A stretch of 64,000 bases of DNA from Eledone cirrhosa (Eukaryota). The notes beneath the pieces were generated by a model. It had not been told where the DNA came from. It made no database searches and worked only from the letters and a program-made list of their open reading frames with translations. Positions 12,085-25,179 of this stretch are shown in pieces (within the stretch, counting starts at the first letter, position 1; every line of letters starts with the position of its first letter). The stretch spans positions 309,566,001 through 309,630,000 of the forward strand of contig OZ024741.1 of the NCBI GenBank assembly GCA_964016885.1. Reading direction: 5' to 3'. The position numbers and the translations under genes are program-made.

Positions 12085-12997
12085 GAAGACTAAAATCCAA
12101 AGAGGGATCGATAGGGATAAATATATATCAATTATATAAGAACCGTAGAGCAAATATTTATTAAAATAACAGATTAAAGTTTAAGCAAAGAATCGGCTGC
12201 TTTCACCGTTAATGGGATCTTCTGAAACTAAAAAATAAATCAATCTGTGAACGCAGAAGTAAATATTTCGAAAAATGTTGCAACCGAAGGAAGATAGGAA
12301 GGCGATACTTTGGTTCGTGGAGACGTAGTTTTAGGTATTTCTTCCTGCTTGGTACAAGTATGTTCTTTGTAGAAATATATTCATCATGCAAAAACAACAT
12401 CTGAATAAGTCAATAGAGTACTCAATCAAGGGAGCCAAATAGTAATAATAATAAATTTGAAGACTAACATCCAAAGAGGGCTCGATAAGTCTATATCAAA
12501 TATATAAGAACCGTAGAGCAAATATTTATTAAAATAACAGATTAAAGTTTAAGCAAAGAATCGGCTGCTTTCACCGTTAATGGGATCTTCTGAAACTAAA
12601 AAAAAAATCAATCTGTGAACGCAGAAGTAAATATTTTGAAAAATGTTGCAACCGAAGGAAGACGATACTTTGGTTCATGGAGACGTAGTTTTAGGTATTT
12701 CTTCCTGCTTGGTACGAGTATGTTCTTTGTAGAAATATTCAGATGTTTCTGCATGATGAATATAAGTCAATAGAGTACTCAGTCAAGGGAGCCAAATAGT
12801 AATAATAATAAATTTGAAGACTAACATCCAAAGAGGGCTCGATAAGTCTATATCAAATATATAAGAGCCGTAGAGCAAATATTTATTAAAATAACAGATT
12901 AAAGTTTAAGCAAAGAATCGGCTGCTTTCACCCCGAATGGGATCTTCTGAAACTAAAAAAAAAAAATCAATCTGTAAACGCAGAAGTAAATATTTCT
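12085..12997 (-). repeat. ~360-373 bp tandem repeat (2.5 copies) related to PLE terminal-repeat sequence
   Basis: GAAGACTAAxATCCAAAGAGGG at ~12085, ~12458 and ~12816. The minus strand shares CAGAAGATCC..GGTGAAAGCAG..ATTCTTTGCTTAAACTTTAATCTG..AATAAATATTTGCTCTA with 60870-60955. Confidence 0.8.
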
Positions 12998-13117
12998 AAG
13001 CCGACCTTTCCCAATTGCACCTCTCAAGGGCAATGACACACGACCATGACCTCTGGCGTCACACAGAAGACCCAACTTTCCACAGGAACATATAGACAAT
13101 ATTTGTTTTCCTTTGTT

Positions 13118-16100
13118 TTTTTATGTCCTATCAACTAATCTGACCTCCAAAATACTTGCAATTGACTATTTTTTTAGCATATTAACAAGAAATATGATTT
13201 CCACTGCAATTAAAAATGACTAGCTTTGTAAATAGTATTTCCACCCACATCCTCCCTCTTTTTTCTACAAAGCTAGTCATTTTCATCAGGTTTCCATGTC
13301 ATAACCATTGATAATATGTGCATAAAATAGTAATTTGCGAGCACCATTTATGTCAAAAAAAAAAAAAAAATGCCAGATGAAAATTTGTCACACCAAAATC
13401 AATAGCTTGGTGTGATGTAGTATGGTGTGGTTTGGTGAAGTTTCTACAAAGATAGTCATTTTCGACAGGTTTCCATGTCATGATTATTGATAAGTGGGAA
13501 AAAAATAGTCAATTGCGAGCACCTTTAATGTCAGATTGGTTGGTAAGCACACAGAAAAAAAAAAAGGAGGCGGGAAAAAAAATTTTCACACCAAGATCAA
13601 TAGCTTGGTACAATGTAGTATGGTGTGGTTTGGTTTGGTTTGGTGAAATTATGAAATGGAAACCAATTGTAAACGATAGATTCCCATGTCATATTCATTG
13701 ATAATGTGTGGGGAAAATAGTCATTTGAAAGCACCTTTGATGTTAGTTTTAGGTGGTAACCACAAAAAAAAAAAAAAAAGAAGGTAGCAAATTTGTCACA
13801 TTGATGTCCATACCATGGTGTGATGTAAATGGGAGGAGTAGGTGTTTTGTAATTAAAAATTTACCATATAGTGAAGTATATGGTGTGGATTGGGGTAGAT
13901 TAATGTGCTGTGGTGTGCTTTGTTATAAGTGAGGATATAAATTCCCACTTTGATTTATTAGAAGAAAAATGTTTCCTTCATTTTTGCATGTGCTATCAAC
14001 TTCCAAGATGCTCGCAGTGGACTGCTTTTAGCATATTAACAAAAAATATGACTTCCGCTGCAATAAAAAATGACTAGCTTTGTAAATGGTATTTCCACCC
14101 ACATCCTCACTCTTTTTTTCTACAAAGCTAGTCATTTTCATCAGGTTTCCATGTCATAACCATTGATAATATATGCATAAAATAGTAATTTGCGAGCACC
14201 TTTTATGTCAAATTGGGTGGTAAGCACAAAAAAATGCCAGATGAAAATTTGTCACACCAAAATCAATATCTTAGTGTGATGTAGTATGGTGTTGTTTGGT
14301 GAAGTTTCTACAAAGATAGTCATTTTCGACAGTTTTCCATGTCATAATTATTGATAAGTAGAAAAAAAATAGTCAATTGGGAGCACCTTTAATGTCAGAT
14401 TGGGTGGTAACCACACATACAAAAAAAAAAAAGGAGACGGGAAGTAAATGTTTCCCATCAAGATCAATAGCTTGGTGTGATGTAGTATGGTGTAACTTGG
14501 TATGGTGTGGTTTGGTTTGGTTAAGTTATGAAATGGAAACCAATTGTAAATGATAGATTCCCATGTCATATTCATTGATAATGTGTGGCAAAATAGTCAT
14601 TTGCAAGCACCTTTGATGTTAGTTTTAGGTGGTAACCGCAAAAAAAAAAATAAAGCAGGTAGCAAATTTGTCACATTCATGTCCACACCATGGTGTTCTG
14701 TAATAAATTTACCATATAGTGAAGTATGTTTATGGTGAATTTATAGTGTGGATTGGGGTAGATTAATGTGCTGTGGTGTGCTTTGTTATAAGTGAGGATT
14801 TAAATTCCCACTTTGATTTATGTTAGAAAAAAAATGTTTCCTTCATTTTTGCATGTGCTATCAACTTCCAAGATGCTCGCAGTGGACTATGCTTTTAGCA
14901 TATTAACAAAAAATATGACTTCCGCTGCAATAAAAAATGACTAGCTTTGTAAATGGTATTTCCACCCACATCCTCCCTCTTTTTTCTACAAAGCTAGTCA
15001 TTTTCATCAGGTTTCCATGTCATAAACATTGATAATATGTGCATAAAATAGTAATTTACGAGCACCTTTTATGTCAAATTGGGTGGTAAGCACAAAAAAA
15101 AAAAAAAGAATGTCAGATGAAAATTTGTCACACTAAAATCAATATCTTGGTGTGATGTAGTGTTTCTACAAAGATAGTCATTTTCGACAGGTTTCCATGT
15201 CATAATTATTGATAGGTGGAAAAAAAATAGTCAATTGGGAGCACCTTTAATGTCAGATTGGGTGGTAACCACACACACAAAAAAAAAAAAGGAAACGGGA
15301 AGAAAATGTTTCCCATCAAGATCAATAGCTTGGTGTGATGTAGTATGGTGTAATTTGGTATGGTGTGGTTTGGTTTGGTTAAGTTATGAAATGGAAACCA
15401 ATTGTAAATGATAGATTCCCATGTTATATTCATTGATAATGTGTGGCAAAATAGTCATTTGCAAGCACCTTTGATGTTAGTTTTAGGTGGTAACCACAAA
15501 AAAAAAAAATAAAGCAGGTAGCAAATTTGTCACATTCATGTCCACACCATGGTGTTCTGTAATAAATTTACCATATAGTGAAGTATGTTTATGGTGAATT
15601 TATAGTGTGGATTGGGGTAGATTAATGTGCTGTGGTGTGCTTTGTTATAAGTGAGGATTTAAATTCCCACTTTGATTTATGTTAGAAAAAAAATGTTTCC
15701 TTCATTTTTGCATGTGCTATCAACTTCCAAGATGCTCGCAGTGGACTGCTTTTAGCATATTAACAAAAAATATGACTTCCGCTGCAATAAAAAATGACTA
15801 GCTTTGTAAATGGTATTTCCACCCACATCCTCCCTCTTTTTTCTACAAAGCTAGTCATTTTCATCAGGTTTCCATGTCATAAACATTGGTAATATGTGCA
15901 TAAAATAGTAATTTGCGAGCACCTTTTATGTCAAATTGGGTGGTAAGCACAAAAAAAAAAAAAAGAATGTCAGATGAAAATATGTCACACTAAAATCAAT
16001 ATCTTGGTGTGATGTAGTGTTTCTACAAAGATAGTCATTTTCGACAGGTTTCCATGTCATAATTATTGATAGGTGGAAAAAAAATAGTCAATTGGGAGCA

Positions 16101-19100
16101 CCTTTACTGTCAGATTGGGTGGTCAGCACACACACACAAAAAAAAAAAGGATACTGGAAGAAAATGTTTCACACCAAGATCAATAGCTTGGTGTGATGTA
16201 GTCTGGTGTAACTTGGTATGGTGTGGTTTGGTTTGGTTTGGTGAAATTATGAAGTGGAAACCAATTGTAAACAATAGATTCCCATGTCATATTCATTGAT
16301 AATGTGTGGCAAAATAGTCATTTGCAAGCACCTTTGATGTTAGTTTTAGGTGGTAACCACAAAAAAAAAAATAAAGCAGGTAGCAAATTTGTCACATTCA
16401 TGTCAACACCATGGTGTTCTGTAATAAATTTACCATATAGTGAAGTATGTTTATGGTGAATTTATAGTGTGGATTGGGGTAGATTAATGTGCTGTGGTGT
16501 GCTTTGTTATAAGTGAGGATTTAAATTCCCACTTTGATTTATGTTAGAAAAAAAATGTTTCCTTCATTTTTGCATGTGCTATCAACTTCCAAGATGCTCG
16601 CAGTGGACTATGCTTTTAGCATATTAACAAAAAATATGACTTCCGCTGCAATAAAAAATGACTAGCTTTGTAAATGGTATTTCCACCCACATCCTCCCTC
16701 TTTTTTCTACAAAGCTAGTCATTTTCATCAGGTTTCCATGTCATAAACATTGGTAATATGTGCATAAAATAGTAATTTGCGAGCACCTTTTATGTCAAAT
16801 TGGGTGGTAAGCACAAAAAAAAAAAAAAGAATGTCAGATGAAAATATGTCACACTAAAATCAATATCTTGGTGTGATGTAGTGTTTCTACAAAGATAGTC
16901 ATTTTCGACAGGTTTCCATGTCATAATTATTGATAGGTGGAAAAAAAATAGTCAATTGGGAGCACCTTTACTGTCAGATTGGGTGGTCAGCACACACACA
17001 CAAAAAAAAAAAGGATACTGGAAGAAAATGTTTCACACCAAGATCAATAGCTTGGTGTGATGTAGTCTGGTGTAACTTGGTATGGTGTGGTTTGGTTTGG
17101 TTTGGTGAAATTATGAAGTGGAAACCAATTGTAAACAATAGATTCCCATGTCATATTCATTGATAATGTGTGGCAAAATAGTCATTTGCAAGCACCTTTG
17201 ATGTTAGTTTTAGGTGGTAACCACAAAAAAAAAAATAAAGCAGGTAGCAAATTTGTCACATTCATGTCAACACCATGGTGTTCTGTAATAAATTTACCAT
17301 ATAGTGAAGTATGTTTATGGTGAATTTATAGTGTGGATTGGGGTAGATTAATGTGCTGTGGTGTGCTTTGTTATAAGTGAGGATTTAAATTCCCACTTTG
17401 ATTTATGTTAGAAAAAAAATGTTTCCTTCATTTTTGCATGTGCTATCAACTTCCAAGATGCTCGCAGTGGACTATGCTTTTAGCATATTAACAAAAAATA
17501 TGACTTCCGCTGCAATAAAAAATGACTAGCTTTGTAAATGGTATTTCCACCCACATCCTCCCTCTTTTTTCTACAAAGCTAGTCATTTTCATCAGGTTTC
17601 CATGTCATAAACATTGGTAATATGTGCATAAAATAGTAATTTGCGAGCACCTTTTATGTCAAATTGGGTGGTAAGCACAAAAAAAAAAAAAAGAATGTCA
17701 GATGAAAATATGTCACACTAAAATCAATATCTTGGTGTGATGTAGTGTTTCTACAAAGATAGTCATTTTCGACAGGTTTCCATGTCATAATTATTGATAG
17801 GTGGAAAAAAAATAGTCAATTGGGAGCACCTTTACTGTCAGATTGGGTGGTCAGCACACACACACAAAAAAAAAAAGGATACTGGAAGAAAATGTTTCAC
17901 ACCAAGATCAATAGCTTGGTGTGATGTAGTCTGGTGTAACTTGGTATGGTGTGGTTTGGTTTGGTTTGGTGAAATTATGAAGTGGAAACCAATTGTAAAC
18001 AATAGATTCCCATGTCATATTCATTGATAATGTGTGGCAAAATAGTCATTTGCAAGCACCTTTGATGTTAGTTTTAGGTGGTAACCACAAAAAAAAAAAT
18101 AAAGCAGGTAGCAAATTTGTCACATTCATGTCAACACCATGGTGTTCTGTAATAAATTTACCATATAGTGAAGTATGTTTATGGTGAATTTATAGTGTGG
18201 ATTGGGGTAGATTAATGTGCTGTGGTGTGCTTTGTTATAAGTGAGGATTTAAATTCCCACTTTGATTTATGTTAGAAAAAAAATGTTTCCTTCATTTTTG
18301 CATGTGCTATCAACTTCCAAGATGCTCGCAGTGGACTATGCTTTTAGCATATTAACAAAAAATATGACTTCCGCTGCAATAAAAAATGACTAGCTTTGTA
18401 AATGGTATTTCCACCCACATCCTCCCTCTTTTTTCTACAAAGCTAGTCATTTTCATCAGGTTTCCATGTCATAAACATTGGTAATATGTGCATAAAATAG
18501 TAATTTGCGAGCACCTTTTATGTCAAATTGGGTGGTAAGCACAAAAAAAAAAAAAAGAATGCCAGATGAAAATTTGTCACACTAAAATCAATATCTTGGT
18601 GTGATGTAGTGTTTCTACAAAGATAGTCATTTTCGACAGGTTTCCATGTCATAATTATTGATAGGTGGAAAAAAAATAGTCAATTGGGAGCACCTTTAAT
18701 GTCAGATTGGGTGGTCAGCACACACACAAAAAAAAAAAAAGGATACGGGAAGAAAATGTTTCACACCAAGATCAATAGCTTGGTGTGATGTAGTATGGTG
18801 TAACTTGGTATGGTGTGGTTTGGTTTGGTTTGGTGAAATTATGAAATGGAAACCAATTGTAAACGATAGATTCCCATGTCATATTCATTGATAACGTGTG
18901 GGAAAATAGTCATTTGCAAGCACCTTTGATGTTAGTTTTAGGTGGTGACAAAAAAAAAACACAGGTTGTAAATTTGTCACATTGATGTCAACACCATGGT
19001 GTTCTGTAATAAATTTACCATATAGTGAAGTATGTTTATGGTGAATTTATAGTGTGGATTGGGGTAGATTAATGTGCTGTGGTGTGCTTTGTTATAAGTG

Positions 19101-22100
19101 AGGATTTAAATTCCCACTTTGATTTATTAGAAAAAAAATGTTTCCTTCATTTTTACATGTGCTATAAACTTCCAAGATGCTCACAGTGGACTATGCTTTT
19201 AGCATATTAACAAAAAATATGACTTCCGCTGCAATAAAAAATGACTAGCTTTGTAAATGGTATTTCCACCCACATCCTCCCTCTTTTTTCTACAAAGCTA
19301 GTCATTTTCATCAGGTTTCCATGTCATAACCATTGTTAATATATGCATAAAATAGTAATTTGCGAGCACCTTTTATGTCAAATTGGGTGGTAAGCACAAA
19401 AAAAAAAAAAAAAATGCCAGATGAAAATTTGTCACACTAAAATCAATATCTTGGTGTGATGTAGTATGGTGTTGTTTGGTGAAGTTTCTACAAAGATAGT
19501 CATTTTCGACAGGTTTCCATGTCATAATTATTGATAGGTGGAAAAAAAATAGTCAATTAATGTCAGATTGGGTGGTCAGCACATCACAAAAAAAAAAAAG
19601 GATACGGGAAGAAAATGTTTCACACCAAGATCAATAGCTTGGTGTGATGTAGTATGGTGTAACTTGGTATGGTGTGGTTTGGTTTGGTTTGGTTTGGTGA
19701 AATTATGAAGTGGAAACCAATTGTAAACAATAGATTCCCATGTCATATTCATTGATAATGTGTGGCAAAATAGTCATTTGCAAGCACCTTTGATGTTAGT
19801 TTTAGGTGGTAACCACAAAAAGAAAATAAAGCAAGTAGCAAATTTGTCACATTCATGTCCACACCATGGTGTTCTGTAATAAATTTACCATATAGTGAAG
19901 TATTTTTATGGTGAATTTATATTGTGGATTGGGGTAGATTAATGTGCTGTGGTGTGCTTTGTTATAAGTGAGGATTTAAATTCCCACTTTGATTTATGTT
20001 AGAAAAAAAATGTTTCCTTCATTTTTGCATGTGCTATCAACTTCCAAGATGCTCGCAGTGGACTATGCTTTTAGCATATTAACAAAAAATATGACTTCCG
20101 CTGCAATAAAAAATGACTAGCTTTATAAATGATATTTCCACCCACATCCTCCCTCTTTTTTCTACAAAGCTAGTCATTTTCATCAGGTTTCCATGTCATA
20201 AACATTGATAATATGTGCATAAAATAGTAATTTGCGAGCACCTTTTATGTCAAATTGGGTGGTAAGCACAAAAAAAAAAAAAAGAATGTCAGATGAAAAT
20301 ATGTCACACTAAAATCAATATCTTGGTGTGATGTAGTGTTTCTACAAAGATAGTCATTTTCGACAGGTTTCCATGTCATAATTATTGATAGGTGGAAAAA
20401 AAATAGTCAATTGGGAGCACCTTTACTGTCAGATTGGGTGGTCAGCACACACACACAAAAAAAAAAAGGATACTGGAAGAAAATGTTTCACACCAAGATC
20501 AATAGCTTGGTGTGATGTAGTCTGGTGTAACTTGGTATGGTGTGGTTTGGTTTGGTTTGGTGAAATTATGAAGTGGAAACCAATTGTAAACAATAGATTC
20601 CCATGTCATATTCATTGATAATGTGTGGCAAAATAGTCATTTGCAAGCACCTTTGATGTTAGTTTTAGGTGGTAACCACAAAAAAAAAAATAAAGCAGGT
20701 AGCAAATTTGTCACATTCATGTCAACACCATGGTGTTCTGTAATAAATTTACCATATAGTGAAGTATGTTTATGGTGAATTTATAGTGTGGATTGGGGTA
20801 GATTAATGTGCTGTGGTGTGCTTTGTTATAAGTGAGGATTTAAATTCCCACTTTGATTTATGTTAGAAAAAAAATGTTTCCTTCATTTTTGCATGTGCTA
20901 TCAACTTCCAAGATGCTCGCAGTGGACTATGCTTTTAGCATATTAACAAAAAATATGACTTCCGCTGCAATAAAAAATGACTAGCTTTGTAAATGGTATT
21001 TCCACCCACATCCTCCCTCTTTTTTCTACAAAGCTAGTCATTTTCATCAGGTTTCCATGTCATAAACATTGGTAATATGTGCATAAAATAGTAATTTGCG
21101 AGCACCTTTTATGTCAAATTGGGTGGTAAGCACAAAAAAAAAAAAAAGAATGTCAGATGAAAATATGTCACACTAAAATCAATATCTTGGTGTGATGTAG
21201 TGTTTCTACAAAGATAGTCATTTTCGACAGGTTTCCATGTCATAATTATTGATAGGTGGAAAAAAAATAGTCAATTGGGAGCACCTTTACTGTCAGATTG
21301 GGTGGTCAGCACACACACACAAAAAAAAAAAGGATACTGGAAGAAAATGTTTCACACCAAGATCAATAGCTTGGTGTGATGTAGTCTGGTGTAACTTGGT
21401 ATGGTGTGGTTTGGTTTGGTTTGGTGAAATTATGAAGTGGAAACCAATTGTAAACAATAGATTCCCATGTCATATTCATTGATAATGTGTGGCAAAATAG
21501 TCATTTGCAAGCACCTTTGATGTTAGTTTTAGGTGGTAACCACAAAAAAAAAAATAAAGCAGGTAGCAAATTTGTCACATTCATGTCAACACCATGGTGT
21601 TCTGTAATAAATTTACCATATAGTGAAGTATGTTTATGGTGAATTTATAGTGTGGATTGGGGTAGATTAATGTGCTGTGGTGTGCTTTGTTATAAGTGAG
21701 GATTTAAATTCCCACTTTGATTTATTAGAAAAAAAATGTTTCCTTCATTTTTACATGTGCTATAAACTTCCAAGATGCTCACAGTGGACTATGCTTTTAG
21801 CATATTAACAAAAAATATGACTTCCGCTGCAATAAAAAATGACTAGCTTTGTAAATGGTATTTCCACCCACATCCTCCCTCTTTTTTCTACAAAGCTAGT
21901 CATTTTCATCAGGTTTCCATGTCATAACCATTGTTAATATATGCATAAAATAGTAATTTGCGAGCACCTTTTATGTCAAATTGGGTGGTAAGCACAAAAA
22001 AAAAAAAAAAAATGCCAGATGAAAATTTGTCACACTAAAATCAATATCTTGGTGTGATGTAGTATGGTGTTGTTTGGTGAAGTTTCTACAAAGATAGTCA

Positions 22101-24300
22101 TTTTCGACAGGTTTCCATGTCATAATTATTGATAGGTGGAAAAAAAATAGTCAATTAATGTCAGATTGGGTGGTCAGCACATCACAAAAAAAAAAAAGGA
22201 TACGGGAAGAAAATGTTTCACACCAAGATCAATAGCTTGGTGTGATGTAGTATGGTGTAACTTGGTATGGTGTGGTTTGGTTTGGTTTGGTTTGGTGAAA
22301 TTATGAAGTGGAAACCAATTGTAAACAATAGATTCCCATGTCATATTCATTGATAATGTGTGGCAAAATAGTCATTTGCAAGCACCTTTGATGTTAGTTT
22401 TAGGTGGTAACCACAAAAAGAAAATAAAGCAAGTAGCAAATTTGTCACATTCATGTCCACACCATGGTGTTCTGTAATAAATTTACCATATAGTGAAGTA
22501 TTTTTATGGTGAATTTATATTGTGGATTGGGGTAGATTAATGTGCTGTGGTGTGCTTTGTTATAAGTGAGGATTTAAATTCCCACTTTGATTTATGTTAG
22601 AAAAAAAATGTTTCCTTCATTTTTGCATGTGCTATCAACTTCCAAGATGCTCGCAGTGGACTATGCTTTTAGCATATTAACAAAAAATATGACTTCCGCT
22701 GCAATAAAAAATGACTAGCTTTATAAATGATATTTCCACCCACATCCTCCCTCTTTTTTCTACAAAGCTAGTCATTTTCATCAGGTTTCCATGTCATAAA
22801 CATTGATAATATGTGCATAAAATAGTAATTTGCGAGCACCTTTTATGTCAAATTGGGTGGTAAGCACAAAAAAAAAAAAAAGCATGCCAGATGAAAATTT
22901 GTCACACTAAAATCAATATCTTGGTGTGATGTAGTGTTTCTACAAAGATAGTCATTTTCGACAGGTTTCCATGTCATAATTATTGATAGGTGGAAAAAAA
23001 ATAGTCAATTGGGAGCACCTTTAATGTCAGATTGGGTGGTCAGCACACACACAAAAAAAAAAAAAGGATACGGGAAGAAAATGTTTCACACCAAGATCAA
23101 TAGCTTGGTGTGATGTAGTATGGTGTAACTTGGTATGGTGTGGTTTGGTTTGGTTTGGTGAAATTATGAAATGGAAACCAATTGTAAACGATAGATTCCC
23201 ATGTCATATTCATTGATAACGTGTGGGAAAATAGTCATTTGCAAGCACCTTTGATGTTAGTTTTAGGTGGTGACAAAAAAAAACAAAAAAAAAACACAGG
23301 TTGTAAATTTGTCACATTCATGTCAACACCATGGTGTTCTGTAATAAATTTACCATATAGTGAAGTATGTTTATGGTGAATTTATAGTGTGGATTGGGGT
23401 AGATTAATGTGCTGTGGTGTGCTTTGTTATAAGTGAGGATTTAAATTCCCACTTTGATTTATTAGAAAAAAAATGTTTCCTTCATTTTTGCATGTGCTAT
23501 AAACTTCCAAGATGCTCGCAGTGGACTATGCTTTTAGCATATTAACAAAAAATATGACTTCCGCTGCAATAAAAAATGACTAGCTTTGTAAATGGTATTT
23601 CCACCCACATCCTCCCTCTTTTTTCTACAAAGCTAGTCATTTTCATCAGGTTTCCATGTCATAACCATTGATAATATATGCATAAAATAGTAATTTGCGA
23701 GCACCTTTTATGTCAAATTGGGTGGTAAGCACAAAAAAAAAAAAAAAAAAAAAAATGCCAGATGAAAATTTGTCACACCAAAATCAATAGCTTGGTGTGA
23801 TGTAGTATAGTGTTGTTTGGTGAAGTTTCTACAAAGATAGTCATTTTCAACAGTTTTGCATGTCATAATTATTGATAAGTGGAAAAATAGTCAATTGGGA
23901 GCACCTTTAATGTCAGATTGGGTAGTAAGCACACACAAAAAAAAAAAGATGAAACAGGAAGAAAATTTTTCACACTGAGATCAAAAGCATGGTGTGATGT
24001 AGAATGGTGTAGTTTGTTATGGTGTGGTTTGGATTGTTGTAGTTATGACATGGGAACCTATTGCAAATGATAGGTTTCCATGTTATATACATTGATAATG
24101 TGTAAAAAAATAGTCATTTGTGAGCACCTTTGATATGAGATTGGGTGGTAAGCACACACACACACAGAAAAAACAAAAAACAGGAAGGAAAATGTTCTCA
24201 CTGAGATTAATAGCATGGTGTGATGTAGTATGGTGTAGTTTGATGTAGTTTAATGTGGTATGGTTTTCCAACCTCCAACATGCTCACAGCCGACTATGCT
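13118..24300. repeat. Satellite array, ~864-bp monomer, ~13 copies
   Basis: Anchor TTCCAAGATGCTC at ~14001, 14866, 15725, 16587, 17451, 18315, 19170, 20042, 20906, 21768, 22640 and 23505. Identical 77-aa ORFs at 16066/16930/17794 are 864 bp apart. A degenerate extension lies at 24640-24990. Confidence 0.97.
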
Positions 24301-24308
24301 TTTACCAT

Positions 24309-24639
24309 CATCATCATTTTACGTCCACTTTTCCCTGCTTGCACGGGTGGGACGGGAACTGATTCTGGCTTGATTTCTACAGCTGGATGCCCTTCCTAAC
24401 ACCAACCTCATTTACAGTGAGTGCTGGGTGGTTTTTGCTGTGGCACCTACACGACCACTTTGCAGTGGAATGATAGGGACTCGGGTCCCTATCATCTCAT
24501 TTCTACAGCTGAGTAAACTGGAGCAATGTGAAATAAAGTGTCTTGCTCAAGGAAACAACACACCACCTGGTCTGAGAATTGAACTCACAACCTTTCGATT
24601 GCAAGGCTAATGCTCTAACCACTAAGCCATGTGCCTCCA
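24309..24639 (-). mobile_element. Full-length tRNA-headed SINE inserted in the last satellite monomer
   Basis: Reverse copy of the 45197 SINE. TTACCAT is duplicated at 24302-24308 and 24640-24646, and the satellite sequence resumes in register. Confidence 0.9.
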
Positions 24640-25179
24640 TTACCATATTAACAACAAATATGACTTTCACTGCAAATCAAAAATGACAAGCTTTGTGAAT
24701 GGTGTTTCCACCCACTTTCCGCCCTCTTTTTTCTACAAAGCTAGTCATTTTCAACAGGTTTCAACGTCTTCATTGATAATATGTGCAAAAAATAGTTAAT
24801 TGCGAACACTTTTAATGTCAGATTGGGTGGTAAGCACACACAAAAAAAAGACAAAAAAAGCCGGAAGAAAATTTTTCACACTGAGTTCAATAGCATGGTG
24901 TGATGTAGTATGGTGTAGTTTGTTATGGTGTGGTTTGGTTTGGTGTAGTTTGGTATGGTTTAGTTTGGTGTAGTTATAACATGGAAACCTATCATAAATT
25001 TACCAAGGTATGGTATAATCTGGTTTGGTGTAGTGTAGGTTAGTGTGGTGTGGTGTGTTATTGTGTTGCATCGTATAGCGTGATTCTCTTTAAATTAAAA
25101 TCATTAAAATGTAATGCCTATCTTCTATATCTTAAAGAGTGACCTTAAATGTGATTGCAAATGACTTTTTTCGCTGGGT

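Noticed and set aside
13480-21482. Repeated 73-77 aa ORFs
   Set aside because: By-products of the satellite monomer; they open and close with homopolymer length and have no domain features.
13118-24300. CRISPR-like or rDNA/snRNA array
   Set aside because: No short repeats with unique spacers, and no rRNA, 5S or snRNA motifs recognised; eukaryotic satellite.
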